In this document: positions 40,533 through 53,932 of the stretch, piece by piece
How the letters are laid out: each line of letters opens with the position of its first letter
Position numbering within the stretch: the first letter of the stretch is position 1
Assembly: GCA_051294905.1 (NCBI GenBank)
Contig: CM119372.1
Coordinates: 18,602,001-18,666,000 of the forward strand
Length of the DNA: 64,000 nt
Direction of reading: 5' to 3'
Origin: Botryllus schlosseri
Lineage: Eukaryota
Notes under the pieces: model-generated
Told to the model about the DNA's origin: nothing
Database searches by the model: none
The model's input: the letters and a program-made list of their open reading frames with translations, nothing else
Program-made: the position numbers and the translations under genes

Positions 40533-41475
40533 CAGTGTTGGGATCAAGTCACTACCTTCGAGTCACGAGTCATTTCGAGTCATTGCACATTTTGACTCGA
40601 GTCAAGTCAAGTCAATCGATTTTCGAAGGTGACTCGAGTCAAGTCAAGTCACTCGATTTTTGGAGGTGACTCGAGTCAAGTCGAGTCAAGTCAAGTCAAG
40701 TCACGAGTCAAGTCACAATTCAAGTCAAATTGCCCTTTCGAAGTATGAGGCATGATTACGTCATTGAATTATGCTAGCTGTCGGAAATACAGATTGAATG
40801 TTCATTAATTTGAAATCGATGAACGAATATAGAGTTCAATATATACACGCAAGAAGGCGCTGTAGCTAAACGACGTAAGTAATTGCATATCCTCAGTTTA
40901 TAGTTACCAGCCAAAATAGTCAATAGAGAAACGAATTTGATAAGATGCAATACATTACCCATTTACAAATTGATATGATGCAAATCGAGCCTGTGACAAT
41001 GGCTGAGACTATATAAACTATATTCGAATTCAATTTCAATAAAATAAGAGGTTTCGTCAAGGTATGAACAGAGAACAGAAATATATATTTTGCTATTAAA
41101 TGACTTTACTATACTAGTTTACGACAACTTAAGCTATAAGCTTCGATCCCTCCGTTTGCGGTCAATTTATTTGTGAGAGAACAATGGAGGCTCAGTAAAA
41201 CTCACGATCATTGAATGATTGGTCGCTCTCACGGGTTACACCAGCTTTTCGCGAACAATCGAAATATATGCAAGATACAGTGATTTTATCGACACCGACT
41301 ACTTGATGACTTGAAATTGACTCGTGAATTTTGCTCCGAGTCACGAGTCAATCCACATTTCTGATACGCCGAGTCAAGTCAAGTCAAGTCATTTTAGAAA
41401 AGTGACTCGAGTCAAGTCAAGTCATACGAAAAAGGTGACTCGAGTCAAGTCATGACTCGAGTCATCCCAACACTG
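40533..41475. mobile_element. Family J MITE
   Basis: TSD CCTCATAT. Confidence 0.92.
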
Positions 41476-41830
41476 CCTCATATACAAATATTCTTTCAGT
41501 AAAAACACTAGATTTGTCGAATTTCGAAAAAACGTACACTAGGACACGGGGTAAAGTCAAAATACACTAGATCTAGCGTAAAAATACTAGGAGTGGCACC
41601 ACTGACCACAAACAACGACAACGCAGGGTATGTATGTATAGCTATCACATACCGCAAAGGGTTATTGGTAGGCCTATTGCAGTGGAACACTGCGTATATA
41701 GGCCACAAACAACGACAATGCAGCCTATGCAAGTAGCTATCACATACCACAATTTATTGATGGAAAATACATAACAGCTACATAAGTAAGGGAATGTATT
41801 TGTTCCGCATTACGTATTGGCGGTCGCTAC

Positions 41831-43764
41831 CAGACATGGGGTAATCGCGATTAGTAATCGTAATCGATTACGACGATTACAGCATTATCAAGTAATCGTA
41901 ATCGCAATCGATTACATTCGAAAAAATTCCGAAGTAATCTTAATCGTAATCGACTACTTCCCATATCTAATCGATTTCTTTGTGAAAGATCGATTACTTT
42001 TTATTTGCAAAAACACTATGACATAAACTCAACATTCGTGAACAAGGAAAATATATTATACCGTCTGATTTGATAACGCCACTGCTCATTATTACGTCAG
42101 AAGTATTACCTTCTCTCAGGATTTCGTAAGAAGTATCCACATCAGAGTAAATAGATATTCGGCGTACATTGTAGTGTGATTGTAAGAACACCTACCGTGC
42201 AATATATCAGGTTATCAATACACTCCAGACGCCACTACCTCGCAGCAGGTTAATAATCACCATTATGCTTAGTTGCAAATACTATTTGCCAAATAGTAGC
42301 TTATGTATTAATGTTTGGTTAACGGTTATATGCTTAGTTAAACGCAGTTTGTCTGTTGGTGTTTGGCGAGCAACAGGCCTATGTAATACTTAGGCTACGT
42401 ACACCGGACAAATATTTGAATTTTAACATTACGATTTCCACACGATGCATTAACAATCAACAGCTGCTAATATACATCACAACCGAACCTTTCTTTGCCG
42501 TTTCTCGTCACGGCAGCTTGCAGTATTCTCATATGACTCTATACTTGAAACGGGCGCCAATCGTTATTTCGCAATTCTTTACCTGCCTCCATAGCCATCC
42601 GCTTATGTGACATGTTAGCCTGGGTTGTAGCTAGAATGAGGACCAAAACAGCAATTCGTCCCGCACTCCAAACGTTAGTCTTGGACCTCAATAAGGTGGT
42701 CAATTTTCAAGTTGAAGACTCAATTATCGTCGATAATATTAGTAATTGCATTATATTGCTATTCATTTTTAATCTTCTCTCAGCCCCCGATAGTCAGATA
42801 TACCTGTAGAGCTGAGGGCACGTAATTCATAATTATAACATCTGGTATATTGTTGCAATTACTTTATTGTATGTTATAAATTGGTGACCTCCGGTTTGTT
42901 ATATAATCAAAAGACATTGTAGTCGCCCAAACGTAGCAGACGAAAGGAAAAACTTTCGTGAGACGCACACACAAATAATTGTCATGTCTTTATTCCTCTG
43001 TGGGTGACCCGGTTGCATCTGTGTTGTGGGCTGTTGTGCACCCAGCGCGGTTATTGTCAATGGACACATGCTCAAAGTTTTGGCCAAGGTCTTTCTTCAG
43101 TAATACATTTCTTGGAGTCGCATGTTGGCCGAAACTGCATTTGTCTTTTGGTATATCGTGAGGCGGTAATGACCGGCACCGACATGCCGATTTCTATAAA
43201 TTATGCATACATTTTTCATGGGATGAGAGGTATGCATTTCAAATTCAAGATATCAAGAGACATTTAAATCGCAAAGCACGAAAAAAAGTTTCTAGTTAAA
43301 TAAATCTCTCAAAAATACTTTATAATTTATGTTGGTTTTACCGAATACTTTTGAGTCCTTTTCGAGCGCGCTCACCACCCTATATTGGGGAGTTCGTGTT
43401 TCGGCAGTTACTGATCTCGTAAGAATGCAAATCTTTAATGCGATAAATCCTCCACTATATAGTTGGGTAATGGGTACATTATGACGTAACAAGCAAATGG
43501 CGCATCATTTATTGAGAAAATTGTTGTTATTTCATTAGGCCTTTTCAACGAAATCCTCATATATTGTCTTCAATGTATCTTCTAAGATTAGTTCTAAGAA
43601 TCAAAATAAATGTAATCGTGAGTAATCGTGATTACTTTTCCAATGTAATCGTAATCGTAATCGACTACTTCCTGATTTTGCTGTAATCGTAATCGTAATC
43701 GCGTGATTCTGAAGTAATCGTAATCGCAATCGATTACATTCATGAAGTAATCACCCCATGTCTG
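41831..43764. mobile_element. Family K element
   Basis: TSD GTCGCTAC. Confidence 0.9.
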
Positions 43765-44458
43765 GTCGCTACTATATAATTCCTACAAGACTGTTGTATT
43801 CCGAAATCGATAGCGCGTTTCACTGTGCCGCAATTGTCCAATTGTTAGCGAATAGTGCACGACGCAGATTCGTTTGTGCCTCACCTGGCTATTGTTTCTC
43901 TGGGATATCATTGTCTGTAATAAAGCTGAGTGTCACCTTGCTTGGCAATTTGAAGGGGGTTCTGGTGCTCTGATACTGTTGATGTTAATTTTCCGAATCA
44001 GTGTGACGATAGCATTTGATTGATACCAGTTATTATGAATTCCGAGCTATTTACGATGAATTGCATTGTCGCAGTTGAGGCACGACCCGCCCGTGTCTCA
44101 CCTGTGCCTCACCTCTCCTTTCGCGCTCTATGTTTGAATAATAAATATGCAAATTGATGATGTTGGGTGAACAAATGTTCAAATTTAGTTGTTTATGAAC
44201 ATCGATGTAAAATATCAATAATCATCGACTCATGGAGGGTTTTCACAATTTTCATTTACTCACCCCGAGGACAGGTGAGGCACTGCCTCACCTGCCTCAT
44301 TGGACCGCACGTCACTGCATTCGCTTAATATCAGTTACAATAAATTCTAAGCTACTTCTGATGAATTGCGTTATCAGTGGTGAGGCTTGGCCCGTCTGTG
44401 CCTTACCTCTCGTTTTGAGCTTTATTTCGAACAATAAATACCAGTTTTTACCGAGAAG

Positions 44459-45386
44459 CAGTGTTGGGATGACTCGAGTCATGACTTGACTCGAGTCAGA
44501 CTCGAGTCAACTTTTTCGTATGACTTGACTTGACTCGAGTCAGTTTGCAAAAATGACTTGACTTGACTTGACTCGGCGCTTCAAAAATGTCAATTGACTC
44601 GTGACTCGAAGCAAAATTTACGAGTCAATTTCAAGTCATCAAGTACACGGTGTCGATTAAATCACACTATCTTATGTATGTTTGGATTATTCGCGGTACG
44701 CCGTTGTCACTTGTGAGGGCGACCATGTCATTCACTGATTGTAAATTGACCGCACAGCTCACGTTGTCGTAGTAGTAGTAGATTAATCTTACAGCAACGT
44801 ATCTTTGTTTCTTAGACGGCTCAGTGCTCACATTACGCAGTGCAAACCTTTATCAACCCTCACCCTCTTGTATAATCTAAATCAAACCAACATAGTTTAT
44901 GCATTTATATATTCTCGCAATTGTCTAGATGGGTAATGTATTGTACCATATATCAATTTGTTTCGACTTCTCGAGGCTTCGTATTCGATCTTCTATTTTG
45001 CTGTAACAGACAGTAGCATGTAGCTATGCGCAGTTAATCACGTATTTTATTAGCAGTTCTAAGTGTGTGTGAGCTATAAAACGCCTTTTTTCATGAATAT
45101 TTAACTTCATATTCGTTATTTGATTCAAAATAAATGGCCAAATAATCTTTCTTTGACTCAGTTAGCAAAATGTAATGACTTTGGATCATCACTCATACAT
45201 CGAAAATTCAACTTGACTTGAATCGTGACTTGACTCGACTTGACTCAAGTCACCTCCGGAAAACGAGTGACTTGACTTGACTCGAGTCACTTTCGAAAAT
45301 CGATTGACTTGACTTGACTCGAGTCAAAATGTGCAATGACTCGAGATGACTCGTGACTCGAAGGTAGTGACTTGATCCCAACACTG
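44459..45386. mobile_element. Family J MITE (opposite orientation)
   Basis: TSD CCGAGAAG. Confidence 0.92.
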
Positions 45387-46043
45387 CCGAGAAGATATGG
45401 CGCACACGAGGAATCCCGTGTAGTGAGTTCGAATTAGTGCTACCATGACGTCACGAGTTTTCAATTGTGACGTAACAGTTGATTGGCATGTATGGCTCTT
45501 TGGGAATTGAGATGGAAAAAATAGGGCCAATATGGCTCTTCGGACTAAAAAGGTTCCCGACCACTGTTCTAGATCATGCACGAGCTCTCATATTGTTGGC
45601 ACAAACTAGGTTGGCGTATTGTATTTTGGTAACCTAATCCCTCCACTTGGTATAATGCGTACATAATATCTCGATAACCAAAGCACTTATACCCATGTAC
45701 TGAGTGGCACCCACAATATTTGTTTTATATTATCTAACATAAAACATACATTATTCAATCGAATGATATATTGATGTTCAAATGAACCGAAATATTTTCG
45801 GCTGACAACATGACATCGTGGATAATCGTCAGCAACTAGTAAAAAATTGTAAAGAACATTGTATATCAACAATCGCATTGCCATTTATGACGTCATCCAA
45901 TCTAACAATAAAGATTCAGTCGCATTGTCAGATCTGTGTGGGCTATAACATTGAATCAGATCCCCTATTATCCGACAGGGCTTGAATTCTTCGGTTCCAG
46001 TTCAAGCTACAGTCATCGTATCCGGTTAGTTGCAATACCTATT

Positions 46044-49000
46044 TTAATTGCAAACTTCGCACATGTAACGGCGACCCTTGTCGATACACTCTTCAAACAG
46101 AAGGTTGTTTGCATCTTCGGCGTCCACGCGACCGCAAACTACTTCATCGTCGGTAACGGATGCACCGTCGAACAGATTTATATTGAAGGTGGAGTCACCT
46201 GCCATCGGGTCGGTAAATTCCAACGGTGCAATAAATTCAGTGTTGTCGACACCTGTTGTGCCAACTGCCTGTCCCTTTGCACCGATCCAGAAAGTGGTCC
46301 CCGTAGCGCCGACCTCGTCCATTAGATCTCTGAAAAGGTTCAAGCAATACTCATAAAATCGTTACGTCTGCTGGTAGTTAGGTAGAGTTAGTGCTTCTAC
46401 TTGAAGTAGTTTACGGCTGTCTTGGAAATCTGGAGTAGAAACTTAAAATGGTATTTCTATTCTTTTACTTAAAGCAGTTTTGACATGCCTCGGAAATGGT
46501 TCCTTCTACTTGCAATTGAGTAAAAATTCGTTGTGTTATGATGTTATCACCGCATTTAGTTTAAGTAAAAGAGAATCAGGTACTATTAATTTTCAAGGAA
46601 AACTATCTCACTCTCTATCAGCCAACGCCTGACTGAAACCGACCACGGCGAGTCTGCCCCGATCTGCTGCTCCTTTGCATTCGTTTTCGGCCGCGTCCCA
46701 GCTCGCAGTAGTCGTAGACAAAAGATAGTAACAATCATCAAACTGAGTCCAACCAGCTAACGTGTTCTGAAGGTTAGGTTTAGGCGGATTTGATATTTTT
46801 AAATCGAAATCCCGTTCCTGGTTTTAGATTCAAATTGAAGTCCAAGTCCATAATTATTTTGGTGCGATGTCGAAAACGACTAAGTCCAATTCCGGTACTG
46901 GCTGACATTGTTTCAAAATCTGCACCATGATTGAAAAAGACGAAAAATGTCATATCCACGTCCAAGACCAAACATCTTCAAAATAATATTAATTCCATAT
47001 CCGATCCAAGCACGGCCAAATTTTCGAACAATCGTGTTTTTTAATGTAAATAGCGTCTTGGAGGTAGGCCTACTTAACTTTAATATATAATCAAATAATA
47101 TATTCGTGTTCAAATATACCCGTCAGGGGTAATCGTCAGTAACTACTAAATTTTAATTCATGCTCGCCTCTGTAATTTGTCGAAGCATTTCTATACCAGT
47201 TTCGGTTTCTCCGCAGTTGGAAATAACCTGGACGAAATCAACTGTACACGAAAGAATTATCCTGATGCAAGTTTTGATCAATCGCCATTGAAGTCGAACT
47301 GATATTGCCCGTTTGCACGATTAGCCTTACAGCAGTTACTTGACCTTTGTGACTAATCGATCGTGATGTATTCACGTCATAATTAATAGGGCAATAAGGA
47401 TCTGTTATCATTGCAAACCAGTAATACATTTGCCACGTCTTGATATAACAATATTTTCAAGTCCATTATCGCCATTCTCCGGGACTCAGAACATTCGTGA
47501 TGAATCCAGCATTCACAATATATCTTGCTATTCCTAGAACAGTTCGATCTAGCTAGATTCTAGCTACAGGGGTGTCAAACTCAACTGATGTCGCGGGCCG
47601 GATTCAACACTTCAGATCGCTCGCGGCCGCACCAAAATTCGTCAATCCCAGATACCTCAAAATCAATACTCTTGTTTTTATTTGAATGCTTCATTAACCA
47701 GCCTATATATACACAATAGTAGGCTACATTACATTATATATGGATCATAGGGATTCTATTGTATCTGCACCTTAATCGCAATCGGTGAAATAACATAATA
47801 ATAAGATGATTGGCCGGTTGAATACAGTTATACACCGATAAAACAGTGGCTCCAACGAAGTTGGCATATTTCTATGATCCCTTTGTTTTTTGTGGGATAT
47901 TGGCAACCCTGCGTGTGCATTGTGACTTGTGAGGGATGCAAAAGATTAAACTGTAAACGCGGACGTTGGAATTTCCTTCATATTATTTTAGTTTATCACG
48001 ATTCGGGTTTCACTCGAGGCTGGAGAGTGTATTTTCCATGTAACCTGCACAAGGTGCACATAAGGGCCTCGTATTGGCGTTTTCGCTTCTGTGATATACT
48101 GACTAGTTTTTGGTCAGCGACTGAAATAATTCGCACTTTCTTACCTTCTTGGGGTTGGGTGTCAATGTCAGTGACCTGCTTCTAATGGTGACTAGAAACC
48201 ACAACACCGTACGGGTGGTTATAAATTGGTCTATATACAATACGTATGGTAACCCTACTCAAGACATCAATGTCGAGTATGACATACTCGACATTGATGT
48301 CTTGAGTAGGGTTACCATACGTCCTCTTTTTGACTTTTTTGAAAGTGTCCTCGGAGGACGCCCTTTTGTCCTCTTTTTTGAGATTTTGTCCTCTTTTTTG
48401 AAAATTTAGGTCAGATTTAGAGCAAATTGCGAGTGCTATGTCGTAAATTAGCACAGAAGTGACGCTCTCCGGCGGGTATTTCGGAGTGAAAAACGGTGAT
48501 TTTAGCTCCGGGCGAAAAGTTGACTTTTTTTTTCAGTCATCCACCTAGCAATGAGGAGAGAAATACGGTATTTTGAGCTCTGAGCGGAAAGATGACCTTT
48601 TTTTTTAGTCAACCGATCACAAAGCGGGAAAAATTTTTGAGAACTTTGCAAGTCTCAAATTTCTAAAAAAGTGTCCTCTTTTTAGATTTCCAAAATATGG
48701 TAAGCCTAGTCTTGAGGGACTATTTAATGGAAGTATTTCTTACTAAAATTCTCAACATTTGTTTGAAATGTGTTGGATAATACACATTTTTTTCAATCTA
48801 CTCAGAATTGCTTCGCGGGCCGGATGAAATCATCTGGTTGACTGGATGCGGCCCCCGGGCCGTATGTTTGACACCCTTGTTCTAAAAACTACTTCATCGT
48901 GACGGTCACTATTGGAGTTTGTATATAGTGTATATCTTGCGCTGGACGGTCACTATTGGAGTTCGTATATAGTGCATATCTTGCGCCGGACGGTCACTAT

Positions 49001-51334
49001 TGGAGTTTTTATATAGTACATATCTTGCGCCGGACGGTCACTATTGGAGTTGGTATATAGTGCATATCTTGCCCCGGACGGTCACAATTGGAGTTTGTAT
49101 ATAGTGCATATCTTGCGCCGGACGAGCAAGTCAAAGAATCGATTGAACAAATCTAACATAATCTCACCGGAACGACTGTGGTCGTAGTCGTGATCGTTGG
49201 GGTTGTAGTTGTAGTCGGTTTCAATGCATCTGAAACAAAGATATCACAAAACAGTTCATTTCTCCGCTATATTTATTGGATACCAGTTTGTATGCGTCTG
49301 GGGTCAATAGCATACACTTCCGTTCGCAGTATACTGAGAGCTAGGCCAGCGTGCGTATGGATAAATTAATGCATTCAATGTATTTTCAGTGTCACATCAG
49401 AATTCGACCACTCACTGATTAGGCAGTACAGCATGAAAGGGCTGATGTGGAGGAAGCTGTTTCGCCGCGATGTGACTGGCTGAGGCTGAAGCCGAGTCTG
49501 CGGCCTCTGTGGCCTAGGCTGAGGCCACAGTTGAGGTTGAAGTTGAGGTTGAGACTGAGACCAAAGCTGGGGCTGAAATTGTGGTCCGTAGGCCTGACTG
49601 TAGGGCATGTATTGTTGATCGTCATGCTCTACCTGAAAATTGGAAACAATTCAACAGGCTGCGAAGAATGTGGAGTGTGGACTCTATTTCAAAAATGGCG
49701 GACATGAATCTGAATACTCGTATGCCCAAAATACGATTGGCACCGAACATACTTGATTGATTTCTGCTTGAACTTGAAAGTTGAGTTCACTACATATAAC
49801 CTTCTCGTACGACCAGAACTTCTCTCGCCTCTCGTCGAGTTCGTCCTGGCCAGCAATGTTTTGATTTGAACAAATTTTCTTCAAGGTACACGATTTGCGA
49901 CAGGTAATACGACATTTTTGTCGTGGCGCACCAGACCGATAAGGTGACAAGCGCCACAATGTCTCTTTTTTCAAAATTAATAATAATAATAACTCGAGTC
50001 TTTGTGACGAGAGGGTGGAAACTGGAAACGACTTACGTGCTGCGCTACCGGATGCCTGTCGCTTTCTGTTAATATCAGAATCAGATGTATGCGTATGTTT
50101 CATGGAACATAATGTGGAATTCTCACCTTCAGAAGCGTAGACAACGTAAGCGTAAATCTAAAAGCAAAGAACTGCAATCGTCATTTGGAATCTACAGTCT
50201 ACCTACGGAATACAGGATGCAAGAATGCAGAGATTATGACGTATATGCCGTGAGTAATTTATTTGATCATTTACGCACAGTAACAATCATAAGAATGTCG
50301 TATATGGCCACTATTGGCCAGTTCCCCTTCCCATCCAAAAATAGTTTTTGCAGTCCGTCCCTTGGGCTTCGCTGAAACATTCGCTAGCGACATGGCTTAC
50401 ATGGTGTCCGATCAGTACCGAGAAAACCATCACCGAGAATGCCATTACCGAGAATGGACACCACCGAGAATGGACATTACCGAGAATGGACACCACTGAG
50501 AATGGACATTACCGAGAATGCAATATATGCAATGCAGGCATGTTAATTGTTATGCATATGAACAGGCCAAGAGTGTGCATCACGGTGTTGTCACATTCGG
50601 TATCGATTCTCAGGTAAATTTCTGGATAACGTCCGTCATAGTAAACTAGATTCTTGACATTGGCCCTTCTCGGTAATGTTCATTCTCGGTGGTGTCCATT
50701 CTCGGTAATGACCATTCTCGCTACTGTCCATTCTCGGTAATGGTATTCTCGGTAAAGGTTTTCTCGGTATTGGTATAGAACCGGCTTACATTAGTCTCAC
50801 GCGTGCAATCGCTCTACGTTACACAAAGAATAAATAATGAGTGTTGTCGTCGTCAGTCATAACCATTTGTCGGGGCCCGGATTTTCCCCCTGATGGGATT
50901 TTCCGTTTCAAAGATATAACGAATTTATCTGCATAACGAGCAGATACGCTAGTAGGCTACTGTAATATTTGCGCATTTCAAACTTTCAACTCGACTGTGC
51001 TCCTTAGTTTACGAAGCTGGGAACAAATGGCAAACTAACAACTCAAAGGTAAAATCAAGGTTTCTAATCCACCGCTCTTTATAGTTTCTAGTCAATTTCC
51101 AGGATGTGACTCGCGCAACACCTATGCAACCATCTTTATGCTCTGAAATATGCCAAGGAACAAAAAAAATATGTAAAATAAACCTACATCTTAAAGTATG
51201 CCTTTTTTATTAGTAGAGCTGTTCGTGCTGAACGCCGAGCGGCCGATTTTATCGATGCCTCTGTCGTTTGAATATACTCGTGGGCATCTGACATCAAAGC
51301 CACTTACAAGTAATTTGATTGAAAATGATATCAT
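46044..51334 (-). CDS. Secreted C-type lectin domain protein with Gln/Pro-rich region and Thr-rich stalk (7 exons, ~268 aa)
   Basis: Exons 51308-51334, 50127-50157, 50037-50065, 49416-49632, 49168-49229, 46612-46766, 46044-46329. All GT-AG with matching phases, 807 nt. Signal-peptide-like start MISFSIKLLIYAYVVYA, then QPQ repeats and PTTTTTPTITTTT. CTLD: GWTQFDDCYYL...SWDAAENEC...LA...FWIG...VCG...EEC...YMCE. Confidence 0.85.
47567..48879. mobile_element. hAT (Charlie-like) MITE, TIR CAGGGGTGTCAAAC, in lectin intron
   Basis: TIRs with GCGGGCCG subterminal motifs; TSD degenerate. Confidence 0.7.
48307..48708. mobile_element. Family L MITE nested in the previous element
   Basis: TSD GTCTTGAG. 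Confidence 0.9.
48901..49124. repeat. Minisatellite, 5 x 44 bp, in lectin intron
   Basis: Unit GACGGTCACTATTGGAGTTTGTATATAGTGCATATCTTGCGCCG starts at 48901, 48945, 48989, 49033 and 49077. Confidence 0.95.
50403..50782. mobile_element. Mutator-like MITE (ACCGAGAATGGAC repeats in long TIRs) in lectin intron 1
   Basis: Exact 9-bp TSD GGCTTACAT. Confidence 0.88.
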
Positions 51335-52489
51335 CGCGGCAATTTGTATTTCGCGTCTTGAATGATCAAAGAATATACACATGAAAGGGTATCGTTTCAC
51401 AGTCGTCTAAAGTCTTTCATATATATCAGTTGGGTAAAACGTCAGGTGATTCAAAATATGAATTCTATTACCCGGTTAATATAAATCATGACCGAACTTT
51501 TTCTGCTACGATAACATGATATTGCATTTCAGTGCAGTACTATATGTACTTTAAAAATGTTTTATCATGAAATTATATGAGTGAACAAAAACATTCAAGC
51601 GCAAGATAAAATGACTTTTTGATCGAATAATTACCAACTTCAATCCTCGTTTTCTTTCTCAGAAGTGAAGTAGACAGAAAACCGAATATTTTCCATTTTT
51701 GTTGGAACCAACCAAAAGTATCATAACATCACGTGATTTCCTAACGTAAAGTCGGGGGTAGCGGACATGTCAGATTTTCATCCGGGAGTATTGAATTGTT
51801 CGATATGGTCGCTACAAATTAATAGCGATTTTCCAACTTAACCCTTTGCATCTAAAAAGAGTCGACGACGGAAGATAGTGGCAAGAAGCTTCCACTTCTT
51901 CTAGCTGTCTGGAGGTTCCTAATGATTACGGCAGACCCGGGCAAAGTGCGACCCGCGAGCCAGATGCGGCGCGCGGAGCTATTCTAAGCGGCCCCCGAAA
52001 AGTTGCTTCGAATTCAAAACATAAAACCTACTTTTTAATGTTGCTGCGTGGACTAAAACTATAAGCTGTATAAATTAAACCGAAAATTCGTTTACATTCA
52101 AACATTCATTACTATTTGTGGTGTATTGAACTGATAAAATTGCTAATAAACCAATGATGATGATGACACTGGTCAACACAAATTTTGTTGACTTCGATCT
52201 GACAGTAGTTTTTGACCAACTTTTGGGCGCTGAATTCAAAAAAGAATTCGGTTTTCTCTATCACGTCAAGTTTCTAGGTTAGTCACCCGTCACGTTGTCT
52301 CATAATCCACATGAAAGTACCCTTTTATTATTTTGTGTTTGTTGCATAAAACGTTTCAAGAACCACCAGCAAGCGAAAGTAACTCAATAGTCTTCAAATA
52401 AACATTTGTACTGTTCTATTTGGATGATTTGAACTAACATTGCTTCTGAAGAACAAATAAAGTGCGAGTTTTAGGATACAGATTTATGC

Positions 52490-52558
52490 TAATAACTCTA
52501 ATTTAGTGGGTTGTCTCGCTTGATACACGAGCAATAGTCAGCTATCACACGTAAGCTC
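52490..52558 (-). pseudogene. C-terminal remnant of the same Chapaev3-like transposase
   Basis: Reads ...W-SLRVIADYCSCIKRDNP across the reconstructed junction, like the recalled consensus RW...MADYCWSLKRD. Confidence 0.7.
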
Positions 52559-53932
52559 TAGGGATGGTGTGAACGTGAGGTTCACGTTCGCGTTCTGTGT
52601 ATGAACCCCTCACAAATTTAGAGGTTCACGTTCACAAACGAACATTTGTAGGTTCTGCATTGTTAACCTTTTTCATATATCACAATTTTCACTTCATCAT
52701 AACATCTTTGGTTGAAATTTGTTGCATTTCAACCAGGGCTTCGGAACCGGAGCCCCGGAGCTGGAGCCGGAGATCTACATAAAATTCAGCCGGAGCCGGA
52801 GCTGGAGCTAGTTATTTGAGGGGTAGCTCCGGCTCCGACGTATTACATAATACATACATGCTATTATATATGCAACTAACCATGTCTGCTGAGTTCACAC
52901 AATTCAACCCAGCAGGCCATCGCGAAATTAAGAATCTTTTCCTCTTTGGCGCTACTTTTTCCGACTAACCATGTTCCTGGGGATTTAACAGAAGAGCAGT
53001 CATATGTTCAATTTTCATACATGAGTGCCGAACCTCGGTAGTCGGTATGCTAGATATGCCTGTGAATATTGTGGGTATTCGGCATACCCGCAATTTCATC
53101 ATCAGCACAACCTTGTTGGCCAATTGTACGGTTCGAAAATAATGATCACTATGTATTACACGAAATGGGAGAGTGGATAAAAACGTGATTTCGTTGCACA
53201 TGTCGATATGACGAGCACGCGTCGAGAAATTCCATCTCATCGTTGCTATGAATCGGATGAGCAAATATTCGTTCTTTCGTGACAGTTCTTTAATCGGGCC
53301 GCAAAATTGGACAGTCCATGATATACAATTATAAACGTATGAGCGATATTCGTTTGATTTAACTTATTAAGAAGGTTGGTTGAGGTGAGCAAGTTCACGA
53401 CAACGTAAGCTGCTGTATAAGCTCCGATCACTGCGTTTGTGATCAATATATTTGTGATCTAACAATGGAGGCTCGGTAAAACGCACAATCATTGATTCAT
53501 TGGTTGGCAATCCGAACTTATACAAGATACAGCGATTTAGTCGACATCGATTACTTGATGACTTGAAATTGACTCGTAAATTTTGTTTCGAGTCACGAGT
53601 CAATCTGCATTTGTTAAACGTCGATTCAAGTCAAGTCAAGTCAAGTCATTTTTCCAAGGTGACTCGAGTCAAATCAAGTCACACGAAAAAGGTTACTCGA
53701 CTCATCCCCACACTGGTTCATGGTCGAAAATGTATGTAGACCTGAACAGAGCAAGTAGTTTAATATCCATCTTTCTCAGGTTGGCAAACTTGGTTTCATT
53801 CTGTAACGCATAAAATTTGTCAATACTTTCAGAACAAAATTTCACTTTCAGAACTCTCGGCGGGCCGGTCAAAATCCCTTCGCGGGCCGTATGTTGCCCG
53901 GCCCTGCTGTAGGGTAAATTAGTAATCTACAT

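Larger units (their letters stand above)
40235..44317. mobile_element. hAT-type element (TIR CAGTGACGTGCGGT) nested in E
   Basis: TIRs; flanks CGTTCGAT / CATTCGCT (2 mismatches). Confidence 0.6.
39613..45566. mobile_element. hAT (Charlie-like) element, family E (TIR CAGTGGTCGGGAACC), with nested elements
   Basis: Exact TSD TTCTAGAT; homologue at 59717-61365. Confidence 0.88.

Noticed and set aside
45936..46356. Plus-strand ORFs (129 and 92 aa)
   Set aside because: Antisense shadows of the lectin last exon.
48901..49124. CRISPR-like appearance of regular repeats
   Set aside because: Head-to-tail units with no unique spacers, no cas genes, eukaryotic intron.
49684..50103. 139-aa minus-strand ORF
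   Set aside because: Mostly intronic read-through in a different frame from the 29-nt lectin exon; no domain.
51932..53906. Pairing the hAT-like ends at 51932 and 53906 as one element
   Set aside because: Flanks do not form a TSD, and the pairing would cross the TSD-verified family A boundary.
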